From positions 6,944,302 to 7,008,301 of the forward strand of contig MU058065.1 of the NCBI GenBank assembly GCA_013265495.1: a stretch of DNA of 64,000 nucleotides. Direction: 5' to 3'. The notes beneath the pieces were generated by a model. The model saw only the letters and a program-made list of their open reading frames with translations. It searched no databases and was not told the origin of the DNA. Every line of letters starts with the position of its first letter. The first letter of the stretch is position 1. Made by a program: the position numbers and the translations under genes. Below are positions 51,100-61,995 of this stretch, in pieces. The stretch is from Vicugna vicugna (taxonomy: Eukaryota).

Positions 51100-53316
51100 G
51101 TATGCCTACTGCGGGTCAAGGGGTAAGGGTACAGGCAGTGAGGTCGCTGTGGGTGTTCTTCACAAGCCATGCCTTTCGGTCTCCGAGACTGAAGTCACAA
51201 AGCCACTGGTAGGGAGCATGGGCAGACATGAAAGCCGCAGGGAGAGGATGCAGGTCGATGCCGCTGGGAAGCATCATGTTTTGCATTCTAGCTCGAAGCC
51301 AGGCTTTGTGTTGGATTCTTTATTGACCAGCATGATCCTATCAAGCCCCTGCAACAGCCCTACAAGATAAGTATTTTATTCCCATTTGGCAGATGAGGAA
51401 ACTGAGTCTCAGAGAGATGAGGTGACTTGTTAAATGTCACAGAACCACCAAGAGGCAGCTCTGGGGTTTGCACTCAGTCCTGGCTGGCATCGAGGCCCCT
51501 GCTAAACCCTGTTCCTCTCCATGGGCAGAGGTTTCTGATGTTGGAGGGTCATTTATAAAAGGAAGGTTCTCTATCTGGCTGGGCTGGGGGAAGGAGATGC
51601 ACAGGGGACTCAGTGCCTTGCTCATCCATGATCTCTTTTTCCTGCGCCAGCTTCTCTAATTTTCCAGCTGGGGCGCTTCCCTCTCTGCCTCCCCTTCAAC
51701 CCCGAGGCTTCCGAGATGAGTGAGAATCTGGCCCTAGGGATATGGAGCCCCAGCGAGAGAGGGCCTGGAATGTAGCTGAAGCTCCCAGTGGGTTATAGTT
51801 CAGGCTCCAGCTGTCCACAGAGACTGGAGGGCCCCTTTAGAAGATCCCCTTCTCTCGTAAGCTGAGAGTCACTGTGGGGTGGGTGGGTGAAGAATGTGAT
51901 GCTAAGGTTGTCCAGGTGGGGGCGCGGTTCTGCCTTTAGTAGGAACCCCACTCCCAAAGGCTGCAGTGAGAAGCTTGCTTTAGGGATGAGGAATGGCTGA
52001 GAGGTCAAATTCAAAGTGGGCTCCCAGCCGACTGACCCCTGCTCCCTGCCATTGCCACCACAGAGAAGCCGTTCATCACCCTTGGCTCCCCTTTCTCCAA
52101 GCCCCGTCTACACAGTTGGGCTCAGAGCTAACCCTTCTGGATTCTGCCCTGGTTTCAGCATCCCATGGCTGCACTGTCCAGTGCCACCGTGTCACACTGA
52201 AACACCTCTGTGGTATTCCTCCTGCCGCCCCTCTAGTCTCAACTTTACCCCACTCTAGTGAAAGGTTATCAAAATGAACTGTGAGTGTTGCTCACCTTGA
52301 AGAGAGGGGGGAAGCAGGACACTAGGAGGCTGGTGATGGGGTAGGAAGGGGAGGGTGTGAGGTGCCCCCACAATGGAATGCCAATGTCCCCATTTCCCCT
52401 TCCTGTCAGGCCCCCAGTGGTACCCTGGACCCTCCCTGGAAGGGAAGCTGGGTGAGGTATAAAGGAGCCCCCACCTCCCCTCACCCAGTGCCCAGCCCAG
52501 GGGGCTCCCCACCTCTCCGAGGAGCTCAGATGGTGCTGGGATGTCTGGGGGCCACCTGCCACCACAGCACACCCTCTGCTCCCTGGGCCCTTAGAAATCA
52601 GGGCAGTCAGTGGCAGGAAGCTGCCCTGGGAGGTGGCGGGAGCTGCCAGAGGTGGGGAGACAGGCCAGGGAACAAAGGGCAGGAGTCGGCCTGCCTCCGG
52701 GGAGGGCTGGAATGTGTGCTGTGGTCTGGCTTACCTGGAACCCAGGTGAGCGTGTCACCTGAGCTGCCCCTTCCCCTGAGGGACCTCCCCGCCCACTCCA
52801 CAGCTCGGAGCAAGGGGAGGGCAACAGAAGACTCAGCTCTGGGATGCGAGAGCACCCAGTTCAGGCTCTCCTTTCTCTTCTGGAGCTGTCCCTGTGTCCT
52901 TCGAGAAGCTTCTGCCAGACCAGGTGGCCATGATATATTGGGAGGCTGAGCTGGACTCCTGGGTTCCTGGCTGCTTCTGGCTCTGACTCTGAACTCTGGG
53001 ATTACAGGCTGAAGGCAATACCAACAGGACAGATGAGCACCTAGGACTGGTGTCATCACTCCTCTGTTCTGAGATGGCCTGAGATCCTGGCCAGCTCCTG
53101 TCCAGCCCTGTTCTCTCCGGCACTCCCAGACTGGCCTTGCTGGCCACACTGGCCTTGCCAGGGGAAGTCTCTGGCCGTGGCTGTGGGTCAGGGAGCAGCC
53201 AAGCCCCTGGGTTAGATTTGGGGGCCATGTCTGATGTGTTGAGGGTGCAGATACCCTGTCCTTGTCCTGGGGCCCTGGATCCTGGTCTGGAACCCCTCTG
53301 CCTGCTGTCTCCCCAG

Positions 53317-53488
53317 AAACATGAGCGTGAGCCGGACCATGGAGGACAGCTGTGAGCTGGACCTGGTGTACGTCACCGAGAGGATCATCGCCGTCTCCTT
53401 CCCCAGCACAGCCAACGAGGAGAACTTCCGGAGCAACCTCCGCGAGGTGGCCCAGATGCTCAAGTCCAAACATGGAGGCAACTATCTG
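53317..53488 (+). CDS. TNS1: Tensin-1 exon, 172 nt; holds short-isoform ATG at 53321 ([28 protein letters not shown]...HGGNYL), start of PTEN-like domain
   Basis: Translation matches the tensin-1 N-terminus; acceptor ctgtctccccag; donor CTG|GTGAGG; A at -3 of the ATG. Confidence 0.98.
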
Positions 53489-54265
53489 GTGAGGACGAAG
53501 CGTCTAGCCTGCTGGCCTGGTGCCCCCACCCTTTCTGCTTGCCACCTCCTCCTGCTGGTGTCCCGACCCACCTGCCCCTGAGCCAGCTCTTCTTCCCTTC
53601 CTGCTCCTGCCCTTGGCCCCGGGTGTCTCTCATGGCCTGAGTCTTCACTCACTCACCAGCCCAGCTCTACTGTAAGGGGTGTATCTACAGCTGGGATGCA
53701 GCACCTGGAGCCAAGTTGTGTGTGTGTGTATGTGGGGTGTGTGTACGTGTATGTGGCGTGTGTGTATATATATGTATGTGTGTTGACCAGGAGGAGAGAA
53801 CAGCAATAAACACTCACGTTATTGAGTGTGATGAGCCAGGCCCTGTTCCAGCTCCTTTCCGTACATTTAAACTTCACGACAGCAGTAGGAAGCAGGTTTT
53901 GTATGAGCACGGAGGGATGGGGTATCTGCCTAAGGTCCCAGCATCAGCGAGTGGCAGGAATGTGACACTGTCAGTGCCTCTGAGAAGTCTCAGGGCAGGG
54001 TTGTGGCAGAGTGTGTCTGAAGGGACCTTGGGTTGCTAACACTGGGATCGTACCTGGCACAGGAGACTCACCTAACCAGTGTGGAGGAAGTGGCCCCGTG
54101 GTCTCTGATGTCAGAAAGGCTGGCCTGGGGGATGGGCCCTGTCCTGGCCCCAGAGGAGGGCGCAATCCACTTTACAGGGAGGTATGTGTGGGCTGGACCC
54201 GCGGACCAGATGGGCCACCGTGAGGAGCTGTCCTGGGATGTCTGAGCAAAGACGGGGTGTGAGGC

Positions 54266-54720
54266 TGTATTAGGTCCCAGGGCCACAGTAAGAAATTACC
54301 ACAAATTAGGTGGCTTAAAACAACAAGATTTACTTTTTCACAGTTCTGGAAGCTAGAAGTCCAAATCGAGGCATCAGCAGGGCTGTGCTCCCTCTAAATC
54401 CTACAGCAGGGGCCCTGCCTTGCCTCTTCCTATCTTCTGGTGGCTCCTGGTGGTTCTTGGTGACCCTGGGCTTGTAGTGGCATCGCTCCAGTCTCTGCGT
54501 CTATCATCACATGACCTTTCTTTCCTGTGTCTCTGTGTGTCCTCTCCTCGTCTTATAAGGACACTAGTCATTGGATTTAGGGCCCACCCTAAATCCAGGG
54601 TGATCTCATCTCCAGATCCTTAACTACTTACATCAGCAAAGGATCTACTTCCAAATAAGGTCACATTCTGAAGTTCCGGGTGAATGTGAATTTTTGTGGG
54701 ACACTATTCAGCCCTCTACA
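54266..54720 (-). mobile_element. MLT1 (ERVL-MaLR, MLT1C-like) solo LTR, full length
   Basis: TG...CA termini; hallmark GGTGGCTTAAAACAACA, CACAGTTCTGGA, CTTATAAGGACAC..GGATTTAGGGCCCACC and CCAAATAAGGTCACATTCTG; 5-bp target duplication GAGGC/GAGGT. Confidence 0.9.
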
Positions 54721-54759
54721 GAGGTCCATCCATCAATTCTGTTGGGCATTCTGGCTTTA

Positions 54760-54894
54760 GGGGGAGGGTATAGCTCAGTGGTAGAGCGCCTGCTTTGCAT
54801 GCACAAGGTCTTGGGTTCAATCCCCAGTACTTCCATCAAAAAATAAATAAACCTTATTACCTCCCCCCAAAAAGAAAAAAATTGAAAAAAAAAA
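54760..54894 (+). mobile_element. tRNA-Ala-derived SINE, camelid vic-1-like
   Basis: GGGGAGGGTATAGCTCAGTGGTAGAGC head, A box 54771-54781, B box GGTTCAATCC 54814-54823, AATAAACC..TTACCTCCCCCC body, poly(A) tail, flanking direct repeat CTGGCTTTA (54751-54759 and 54899-54907). Confidence 0.9.
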
Positions 54895-55823
54895 GAGCCT
54901 GGCTTTAAACATCATAAAGTTCTGGGTTGGAATGCTGGCTCTGCTTTTACTATCTGATCTTGGCCCTTAGCTGCACTAAGAATTAAGATTTCCATCTGTA
55001 AAATGGGTCTAATAACCCTCCCTACCTCTGTGGTTGCTGAGAGAATTAAGGCAGCTGTTAGACGTAAAGTCTTAGTACGGCCTGGCAGGCTGCAGACACT
55101 CAAGTGGTGTCTGTTTTTAGCAGCATAAGGTATGTTCCATCTAAGATCCTGCCAGATTTCAGGAGTCAGGAATCTGTAGGTCTCTGCTGTCCTTCACATT
55201 CCAGACCCTGTGGTCTTCTTCTCTCCCCAGAGACATCACAGGGGTCTTTGAATTTCCCAGGCCATGAGGTGGAAATGGGGAGTTCTGCATGCCTCCTTCA
55301 GAGGTGGAGACAGAGACTGGGGGATTCCTGTGGGATGTGGTCAGGTGTCAGAGGGCATCTGCTGGGAGAGGGGTGTCAAGGGTCTGAGAGGGCCCACCCA
55401 GCGTGGGTTTCACTCTTGGATGGAGGGTGTCTGACCACAGAGCAGTTGCATCTTCGTGGGGTGAGCTAAAGTCAATGTGTGAAGTGAAAACCAGAGATGG
55501 CCTGATACTTATCATTTGATACCATTGGATTCCACTTAGGGTGGGGAGATGCCCACCTTGAGGGTGGCACAAGGGACCCAAGACAGGTTGATTTCCTCCT
55601 CGTCTTCAGTTCAGGACGTCTGCTCCCCCAGGGGAGTGGCTCTGTATGTCTCCCTCTTTATCCTGATAACCTGTAGTTGAGTTCCTGTTGGTCAGTGTGT
55701 GTCTGATGGGATGCATGTATGCTCACGTATGGGTAGAATTTCCAGTAGGAAAGAGAGAGAGAGAGAGAGAAGGAAAGAGAGAATGCCAGCCTTCTCTCAA
55801 TCTCCTCCTTTTCCTCCTTCTAG

Positions 55824-55874
55824 CTTTTCAACCTCTCCGAGCGGAGACCTGGCATCACGAAGCTCCACGCCAAG
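55824..55874 (+). CDS. TNS1: Tensin-1 exon, 51 nt, LFNLSERRPGITKLHAK
   Basis: Acceptor ccttctag; donor AAG|GTGAGC; phase 0-0; FNLSE motif of the PTEN/tensin family. Confidence 0.97.
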
Positions 55875-57001
55875 GTGAGCCCATGGCTGCTTGGGGGTGG
55901 GGGCTTCTCCCTGCCTGGATGGGAGGAACAGATGGGCCCCCTCTCCCTGAGGTTCCCACATGAACATCTTGGGGAAAGTGCTGCGACAATTTGCAAAGCC
56001 GGTTCAAAGTTACAGTGCCGTCTGCTATGCGAAAAATAGAAGAGAATGTGTTTATTGTTTGTGTACTAAAAATAGAGAAAGCAAAGCTCAATACGGTGCT
56101 CTTCACCCCGGTCTGCCCCCTGCGGTGCACACTGAGGCTGGAGCTATGGGATGTTTAGTCTTATTGAAAAGTATCCTGGATTTAAACTGGCTGGGAATCG
56201 CCAATGCAGACTTCCTCCAGCCAGCCTCCTTTCACTTGCGATTCAGTGGGCTGTGTGTGGGGCGTAGCATGGACGTCTGCTCTGGACCCTGGATTCTGGT
56301 ACCTGTCACTGTGTGACCTTGAGTGGGCGGCAGACTTCTCTGGGTATCAGTTTGCACCTCTGAAAGTGGACAGGCTGGATTAGATGTGCTCTCTGGGCCC
56401 TTCTTGACACAGGTTTTCTCTGACTTTAAAGTTCTGTGAATTAAGAAAAGTTTGAAGGAGCCTGATGTCTGCTAGTCAGGTCTGTTGTCTGTTCCCTTCA
56501 GACCTCTTTCCGCTGACCTGAAAACTTGATGGTTTGTGTGTCCGGGGCCTGGAAAAGAGCTATGAATAGCCCTTCACCCTTCCTTCTTCCTCCCTGAGCC
56601 AGGTCTCAGGGTTATCTGTGGGAGGAGAGGTTGGGAACAATGCTAGGGGGTGTTCTGAGGTCAAAGTGATGTACAAAGGACCTAGGGGCCATCAGCTCTA
56701 AGCCTTTGCCTTATGCACGTATGAGAAGCTGGGGCTGGGGAAGGGGCCGTGACTGGCCTGAGGTCGCACAGCCAGCCAGTGTCAGCCAAAACTCAGGCGC
56801 AGGGTCTCTGGTCCCGGGCCAGCATCCTTTGCCTCTGCATCCCTTCCTCCCAGCTGGGTTGATGGTTAAGGCAGGAACTGAGGCCCTGCTGCTGGTGCCA
56901 CCACTTGGGTAATGGCACGAGGCATGTGTGCTGGCCCCTGCTCCACCCCTGTCGTTGACGCTCCGGGTTCTGCCACTTCTCTCTCATGGCTCGGGCCACA
57001 G

Positions 57002-57124
57002 GTACTGGAATTTGGCTGGCCCGACCTGCACACCCCAGCACTGGAGAAGATCTGCAGTGTCTGCAAGGCCATGGACACCTGGCTCAACGCAGACCCCCAC
57101 AATGTCGTCGTTCTACACAACAAG
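57002..57124 (+). CDS. TNS1: Tensin-1 exon, 123 nt, [41 protein letters not shown]
   Basis: WPD-loop and start of the P-loop; CACAG acceptor; AAG|GTCAGA donor; phase 0-0. Confidence 0.98.
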
Positions 57125-57548
57125 GTCAGAGCCGGGGCTACAGGATGAGTGTGTGTGCGCATGCACATGCGCACACATGCACACACCCCCACACATGTGT
57201 GACTATATCCTTGGATGAGTGCATGTACCTGCCCGTTTCATTGACTGTATGAACACGCAGGTTTATGTGTGTGTATTCTCCTCCTTGAGGAGAATAGATT
57301 CTGTCCCGGGCGCCCCCAAGAAGTGCGGGGTAGCAGCTTGACGGTTCCTCGGGCATGGTGGATGATCAGCTGTGTTTCTTCTCTTTGATGCTCAGCCCTC
57401 ACCTGCTTCTGCCCTTCTCCTGTTCTCCCTTGGACCACCCCCTTCTCTCCAGCCCCCGCCCCCGCTTTTCTTCAAGGTTCTGGATGGGCTCCGGGGCAGG
57501 AGGGCCAGTGTTAAAAGTAAAGGCTTTTGTGTTTCGGGGCTTTTTCAG

Positions 57549-57613
57549 GGAAACCGAGGCAGGATAGGTGTTGTGATCGCGGCTTACATGCACTACAGCA
57601 ACATTTCTGCCAG
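57549..57613 (+). CDS. TNS1: Tensin-1 exon, 65 nt, GNRGRIGVVIAAYMHYSNISA(S)
   Basis: Acceptor ctttttcag; donor CAG|GTAAGG; phase 0-2. Confidence 0.98.
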
Positions 57614-57799
57614 GTAAGGGGGCCCTGAATATCGCCAGCAGGAATCCCCTCCCCTCTCCACCTATCTAGAAGTTATGCACGCCTCTGCCTCTGGCCAGCA
57701 GGGGCCTCTTCCCACGTAGGTATTTTGCAGCAAGAATAGAACGCAACCAATGGATGAGTCCCATGCTGATTCGGGTTTGCAGAAGGGCAGAGGGGTTGG

Positions 57800-58345
57800 T
57801 CCCTTCATTTAGCCATTTGACGGGGGTGGTGGGACAGCCCCTGTGCAGACTGTGCTAGGTGCTGGGGATAGAGCAGGGGGCAAGGCCAGGCCCTGGCCCT
57901 CATGAATGTTCAATAAGTAAACGAATATGTCAGTAAGAGCAGGTGACAAGTGCTGTGCAGAACGGAGACCAGAGCAAGACTGTGGGGAGGGGAGGCCTCT
58001 TGAGGAGGTGGAATTTGAGCAGAGACTGGAATCAAGTGAGGGGAGGTGGGAAGGACTGGGTCATATACAGCCTCTGGGCCAGGGAAGAGGGGGAGCGGGG
58101 AGGGGTGGTGCTGGGGGCCTGGGACCTTCCAGGCAGAGAAGAGAGGATGCAAGGAACTGGCGTGTTTGGAGCCAAGTAGGTGAGGGGACGAGAAGTAGTA
58201 GGAAGTGAAGCTGGGAGCGGGCGGAGCCTGGGGGGCCTTGTAGCCCTTGATCAGGATGTTGGAGTTTATTCTAAGAAGGATGGGACTTCATTGCTGAGTT
58301 AAGAATGGAGGAGCTGCGTGATCTGTCCTTTCATTTTAAAATCTC
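57800..58345 (-). mobile_element. L2 LINE 3' fragment
   Basis: ACTGTGCTAGGTGCTGGGGATA, GGCCTCTTGAGGAGGTGGAATTTGAGCAGAGACTGGAAT, TTGGAGTTTATTCTAAG. Confidence 0.75.
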
Positions 58346-58434
58346 TTTGAGGATAGGTAGAATGTTCTATGGAGAGTTTGATAATAGGATGGTAGTTTTA
58401 TGACTTTAAGAAACCCGACCTGGCCTAATCTTTG

Positions 58435-58660
58435 CTTAATGGTGAACATTTCCTATGCACCTACTGTGTGCCCACATGTGCCAAGCTCTTTACAGATGTT
58501 ATCTCACTCGATTGCCATAACAACCGTCAAGTAAGGCCCGATTATTACCTGATTTGACAGGAAGGGAAAGTCAGGTTTAAGAAGGTTAAGTAACTTGCCC
58601 CAAAGTGCAGGGCTACTAAGTAAGTGGTGGACTTGAGATGGGCTCCCAGGCTGCCTGGCT
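58435..58660 (-). mobile_element. MIR SINE (many more MIR fragments elsewhere not listed)
   Basis: CACCTACTGTGTGCC...ATTATTACC..TTTGACAG...AGAAGGTTAAGTAACTTGCCCCAA. Confidence 0.7.
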
Positions 58661-58814
58661 CCAAGGCCCCCATGCTGAGTACATTCTGGGGCAGTCCTTT
58701 CCTGAAAGCATCTCAGGACAGGGTGGCTGGAGGGCTCTGCGGGGCAGGGGTCTGGGGACAAGGGGCTCTTGGACATGGAAGCTGGCTCCTCTGACCACCT
58801 GTCTCTCCCCACAG

Positions 58815-58898
58815 TGCTGACCAGGCCCTGGACCGATTTGCAATGAAGCGGTTCTACGAGGATAAGATTGTCCCCATAGGTCAACCGTCCCAGAGAAG
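58815..58898 (+). CDS. TNS1: Tensin-1 exon, 84 nt, (S)[27 protein letters not shown](R)
   Basis: Acceptor ctctccccacag; donor AAG|GTGGGT; phase 2-2; PSQRRY motif shared with PTEN. Confidence 0.98.
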
Positions 58899-59371
58899 GT
58901 GGGTGGCCAGGGTTCTCGGCCTGGTGCACACTTGTCTGTGTGCGCTCACTGTATGTGGGGACTAGTCTTGTGTGCTCATGGGGGTGGAACAGCATGCCCA
59001 GGTTGAGGGTGTGCCAAGCACACGTGTCCAGGTGCCAGCCTAGAGGGGCGTGAGCTCAGGGTCATGGTTGAGCCCGTGTGCAACTGTGTGTGCCCGCAGG
59101 GGGTTCCAGAGGCTGGTGCAAGACAGCAGCGGGGCCATCAGTGGGAGAGGTGCAAGAAGGCAGCTTGTATAAGAAAGGCAATGCCATTCAGGGTTGCTTC
59201 CATATTTAGGTGGGTCTACAGGAGCCTGACATCACTGCCACCTCCCCTAAGGAGGTCACAGACGCTCATGATAAGGGTCACCTTTAGCTAGGAGAGCTTT
59301 ACAGTTTTACAGAGGGCTCTCAACCACGTGATCCACAACAGCCCAAACAGGAAGCAGGACAGGGATGGATT

Positions 59372-59735
59372 TCTTCATTCATCTGGCAAATTTTGGGTCC
59401 TCTAGTGCGTTCAAAGTGCTAGAGGTATCTAGTCGGACAGGACAAAGTCTTTTGCCTTTGGTGAGCTGACATTCTATTGAGAAAGATGGACATTACACAA
59501 GTGAATGAACCATCAAGGTCATTTTGGACAGTGAGAAGTGCTTTGATGTGGAAAAACCAAAACAGAACATGATGGGCTGGAGAGTAATGGGGGTGGGTGT
59601 GAGGGGCTGATTCCAATGGACTGACCTTTCTGAGAAGCTGATGTGAGGGGAGGTCTGGGAAGGGAGAAGGAAGCATCTGAGTGAAGGTCTGGGTCAAGGA
59701 TCCAGGCAGAGGGAGCAGCAAGTACAAGGGCCACA
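59372..59735 (-). mobile_element. L2 LINE 3' fragment
   Basis: TTCATTCATC tail, GAGCTGACATTCTA, TTCTGAGAAGCTGATGT, CCAGGCAGAGGGAGCAGCAAGTACAAGGGCC. Confidence 0.75.
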
Positions 59736-61605
59736 ATGTCCCATGGACTTTTTCAGCCCCTCAGAACACTGACTGGGCACTCAGGACCCCCAGCTGCAGG
59801 TCGTGGAGCTTTCCAGCCTCTCTATGCTGGGAGTCTCCAACCCACACCGCATCACCCCTACCTTGCTTGCCTGGCTAAAGGTGTGCTGGCACTGCTGGGG
59901 ACTGTTTCTGCCATTGTAGTAGGAAGTACAAGAAGGAGTAAGTACTCAGGTAACCAGTGCCTTACAACTGACACAGGACAGCTGGTAGCCAGCCTCTGGG
60001 TCAGAGATCAGAAATGAGCTGTCTTTATTTGCAGAAAATTCTGACTAGGCTGCCAGACACAGCTGCTGTGGATCAGTGAGAGTCTTCCCAGGGAAGAAGT
60101 CTCAGGGAGGAGAGAACTATCATTCAAGACCCTGGCTTTTGCTATATGTGACTGGTGGCTTTGGTCCTGAGTCTCGCCCTTGACCTTGAAGGGTGAGAGA
60201 TTCAAACAGAGGAGCGTGATGTTACAATGGCACAATGCGGCTTGGAGAGAGTGGGCAGAGCAGTCACATCTCTGAAGCTGAAACTCTGGGGTATGGGGAT
60301 CAGTGTTACCTCTCAGGAATAGAATTGTTCAGGGATTCCACGGTGTAGAGTGTGTGCTTACATAGCATGTGATCAGTGTGTGTGTGTGTTTATATTATCT
60401 GTGTCTGCCTTGCAGCTCATATCCGCAACTGCATCATCTGATGGGTGGGTAATTCCGTCTGCATCTAAATGTGGAAGTGCAACTGTTGGGAAAGTGGCAT
60501 TCATTGCTACTTTCCTGCCTTCTTGTCAGTGTCACTTGCAGGGAATGGAGCAGCTGGAGGAAAGGAGGGCAGGCACAGAGGGAGGGAGGGGCTTTGACTG
60601 CAGCTCCCCCATTCATTATCACCCCACCCCCGGGCTCATTGTCCCCAGCACACAGACACATCCTGTTGGCATGATCAGAAGATCTGATAGGAGCCCGCCA
60701 TTCCAGGTTTCCGGTTTGAGCTATGGGGCTGGGGGCTGGGCAGAGGCCTGAATAGGAGCTGGCCCTGCCCATCAGATTATCTTCCTGGGGTAGTCCGAGG
60801 TGGCCCCACCCTGGCCCAGGGACAGAGGCCCACAAGCCTGGAGGTGAGCCAAGGAGCCAAGAGTCAGGATGGGACCACTGTCATGGTCATGCGGATTCTG
60901 GCCTCACCTGCCTCAAAGAGCCCCCATTGGCTCCCTCGGAGACTCAGGATGCATTCTGATTGGTCCAGATGACTCAGCTTCACATCGTCTGGCCAGTCAG
61001 ACAAGGAGGAAGTACTGACCAAAAGGACTGGCCTGTCCTTCTAGTAGATGCACTGGAGTCAGACTGCTTGCTTCCCTTCTCCCCTGACCCGCTCGCCTCC
61101 CAGCTTTGTGTGTTCTTGCTGTGTGTCTTTGGGAGGCTGATTACAATTTCTGGACCGAGTTTTCCCTCTCTTCTAGAGTAGTGGGGGATGGCTTACTCCT
61201 TCCGTCTTCCAACAAGATCTTTGTTAAGGGAATCAGGGGTTGTTAACCCTAGAGATAGGAATACTTAGTGGAAGCTAAGTATCCCCCAGTACCAAATGAA
61301 TGATATAAAGAAACTTTGTACACTTCAGTGTAATATAAAAATGTGAAGGGTTATAATTATTAAGCTCTTACTGTTTGCTGGACTATCATGTGGCTAATGG
61401 GTCTGTGGGGTAGAACTGGGGCCTGTGGGTACAAATGTAAGCCTGGTTTGGGCTCAGTGTAAGGGTTGTCAGAGCTGTCTGGTGGTTGATCACTTTGCCT
61501 TGTACAGTAGTGAACAGCTACATGCTGCCAGGGATGTGTGGGAGTAAATTTGGTCCAGCAGGGGATTCCTGGGCTGGGAGTGAAGCAGGAGTGATGTGGT
61601 CATGT

Positions 61606-61624
61606 TGACCACCAGGGGGCGCTA
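61606..61624 (+). promoter_or_regulatory. CTCF binding motif
   Basis: TGACCACCAGGGGGCGCTA, 18/19 identical to the canonical consensus TGGCCACCAGGGGGCGCTA. Confidence 0.75.
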
Positions 61625-61882
61625 GAGAACCCCAAGTGGGAGGCTTGCCTTGACTCTATTCTAGGTGTAATGGTACCTGTTCACCCTCCCTACCTGGGGC
61701 TCCAGGCAGCAGGGGAGGACTGTGCTGGGGACAGAGACCCCAGCTGCCAGGAGGCTGGGGTTGGTTGGAGGAGGGGAGCTTGGTGGGGTCACCTAGGGTG
61801 ATGTTCTGGGGGGGAAGAGAACAGGACTGCTCTGCTCCAGCACAGGCTTCCGTGGCTGAAGCTGCCCCTCTCCCTGCTCCAG

Positions 61883-61995
61883 GTATGTGCATTATTTCAG
61901 TGGCCTGCTCTCTGGCTCCATCAAAATGAACAACAAGCCCTTGTTTCTGCACCATGTGATCATGCACGGCATCCCCAACTTCGAGTCTAAAGGAG
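61883..61995 (+). CDS. TNS1: Tensin-1 exon, 113 nt, (R)[37 protein letters not shown](G); PTEN-like to C2 boundary
   Basis: Acceptor ctccctgctccag; donor GAG|GTAACT; phase 2-1. Confidence 0.98.

Noticed and set aside
52607..53473. 288-aa antisense ORF over the ATG exon
   Set aside because: Shadow of the TNS1 coding strand extended into GC-rich intron.
54763..54835. Functional tRNA-Ala(TGC) gene
   Set aside because: Anticodon and acceptor stems contain mismatches, and it has a SINE body, poly(A) tail and flanking direct repeat.
55960..56105. AT-rich island that might be foreign or an RNA gene
   Set aside because: No termini, box motifs or family I could recognise; left unassigned, and a Dfam/Rfam search would settle it.
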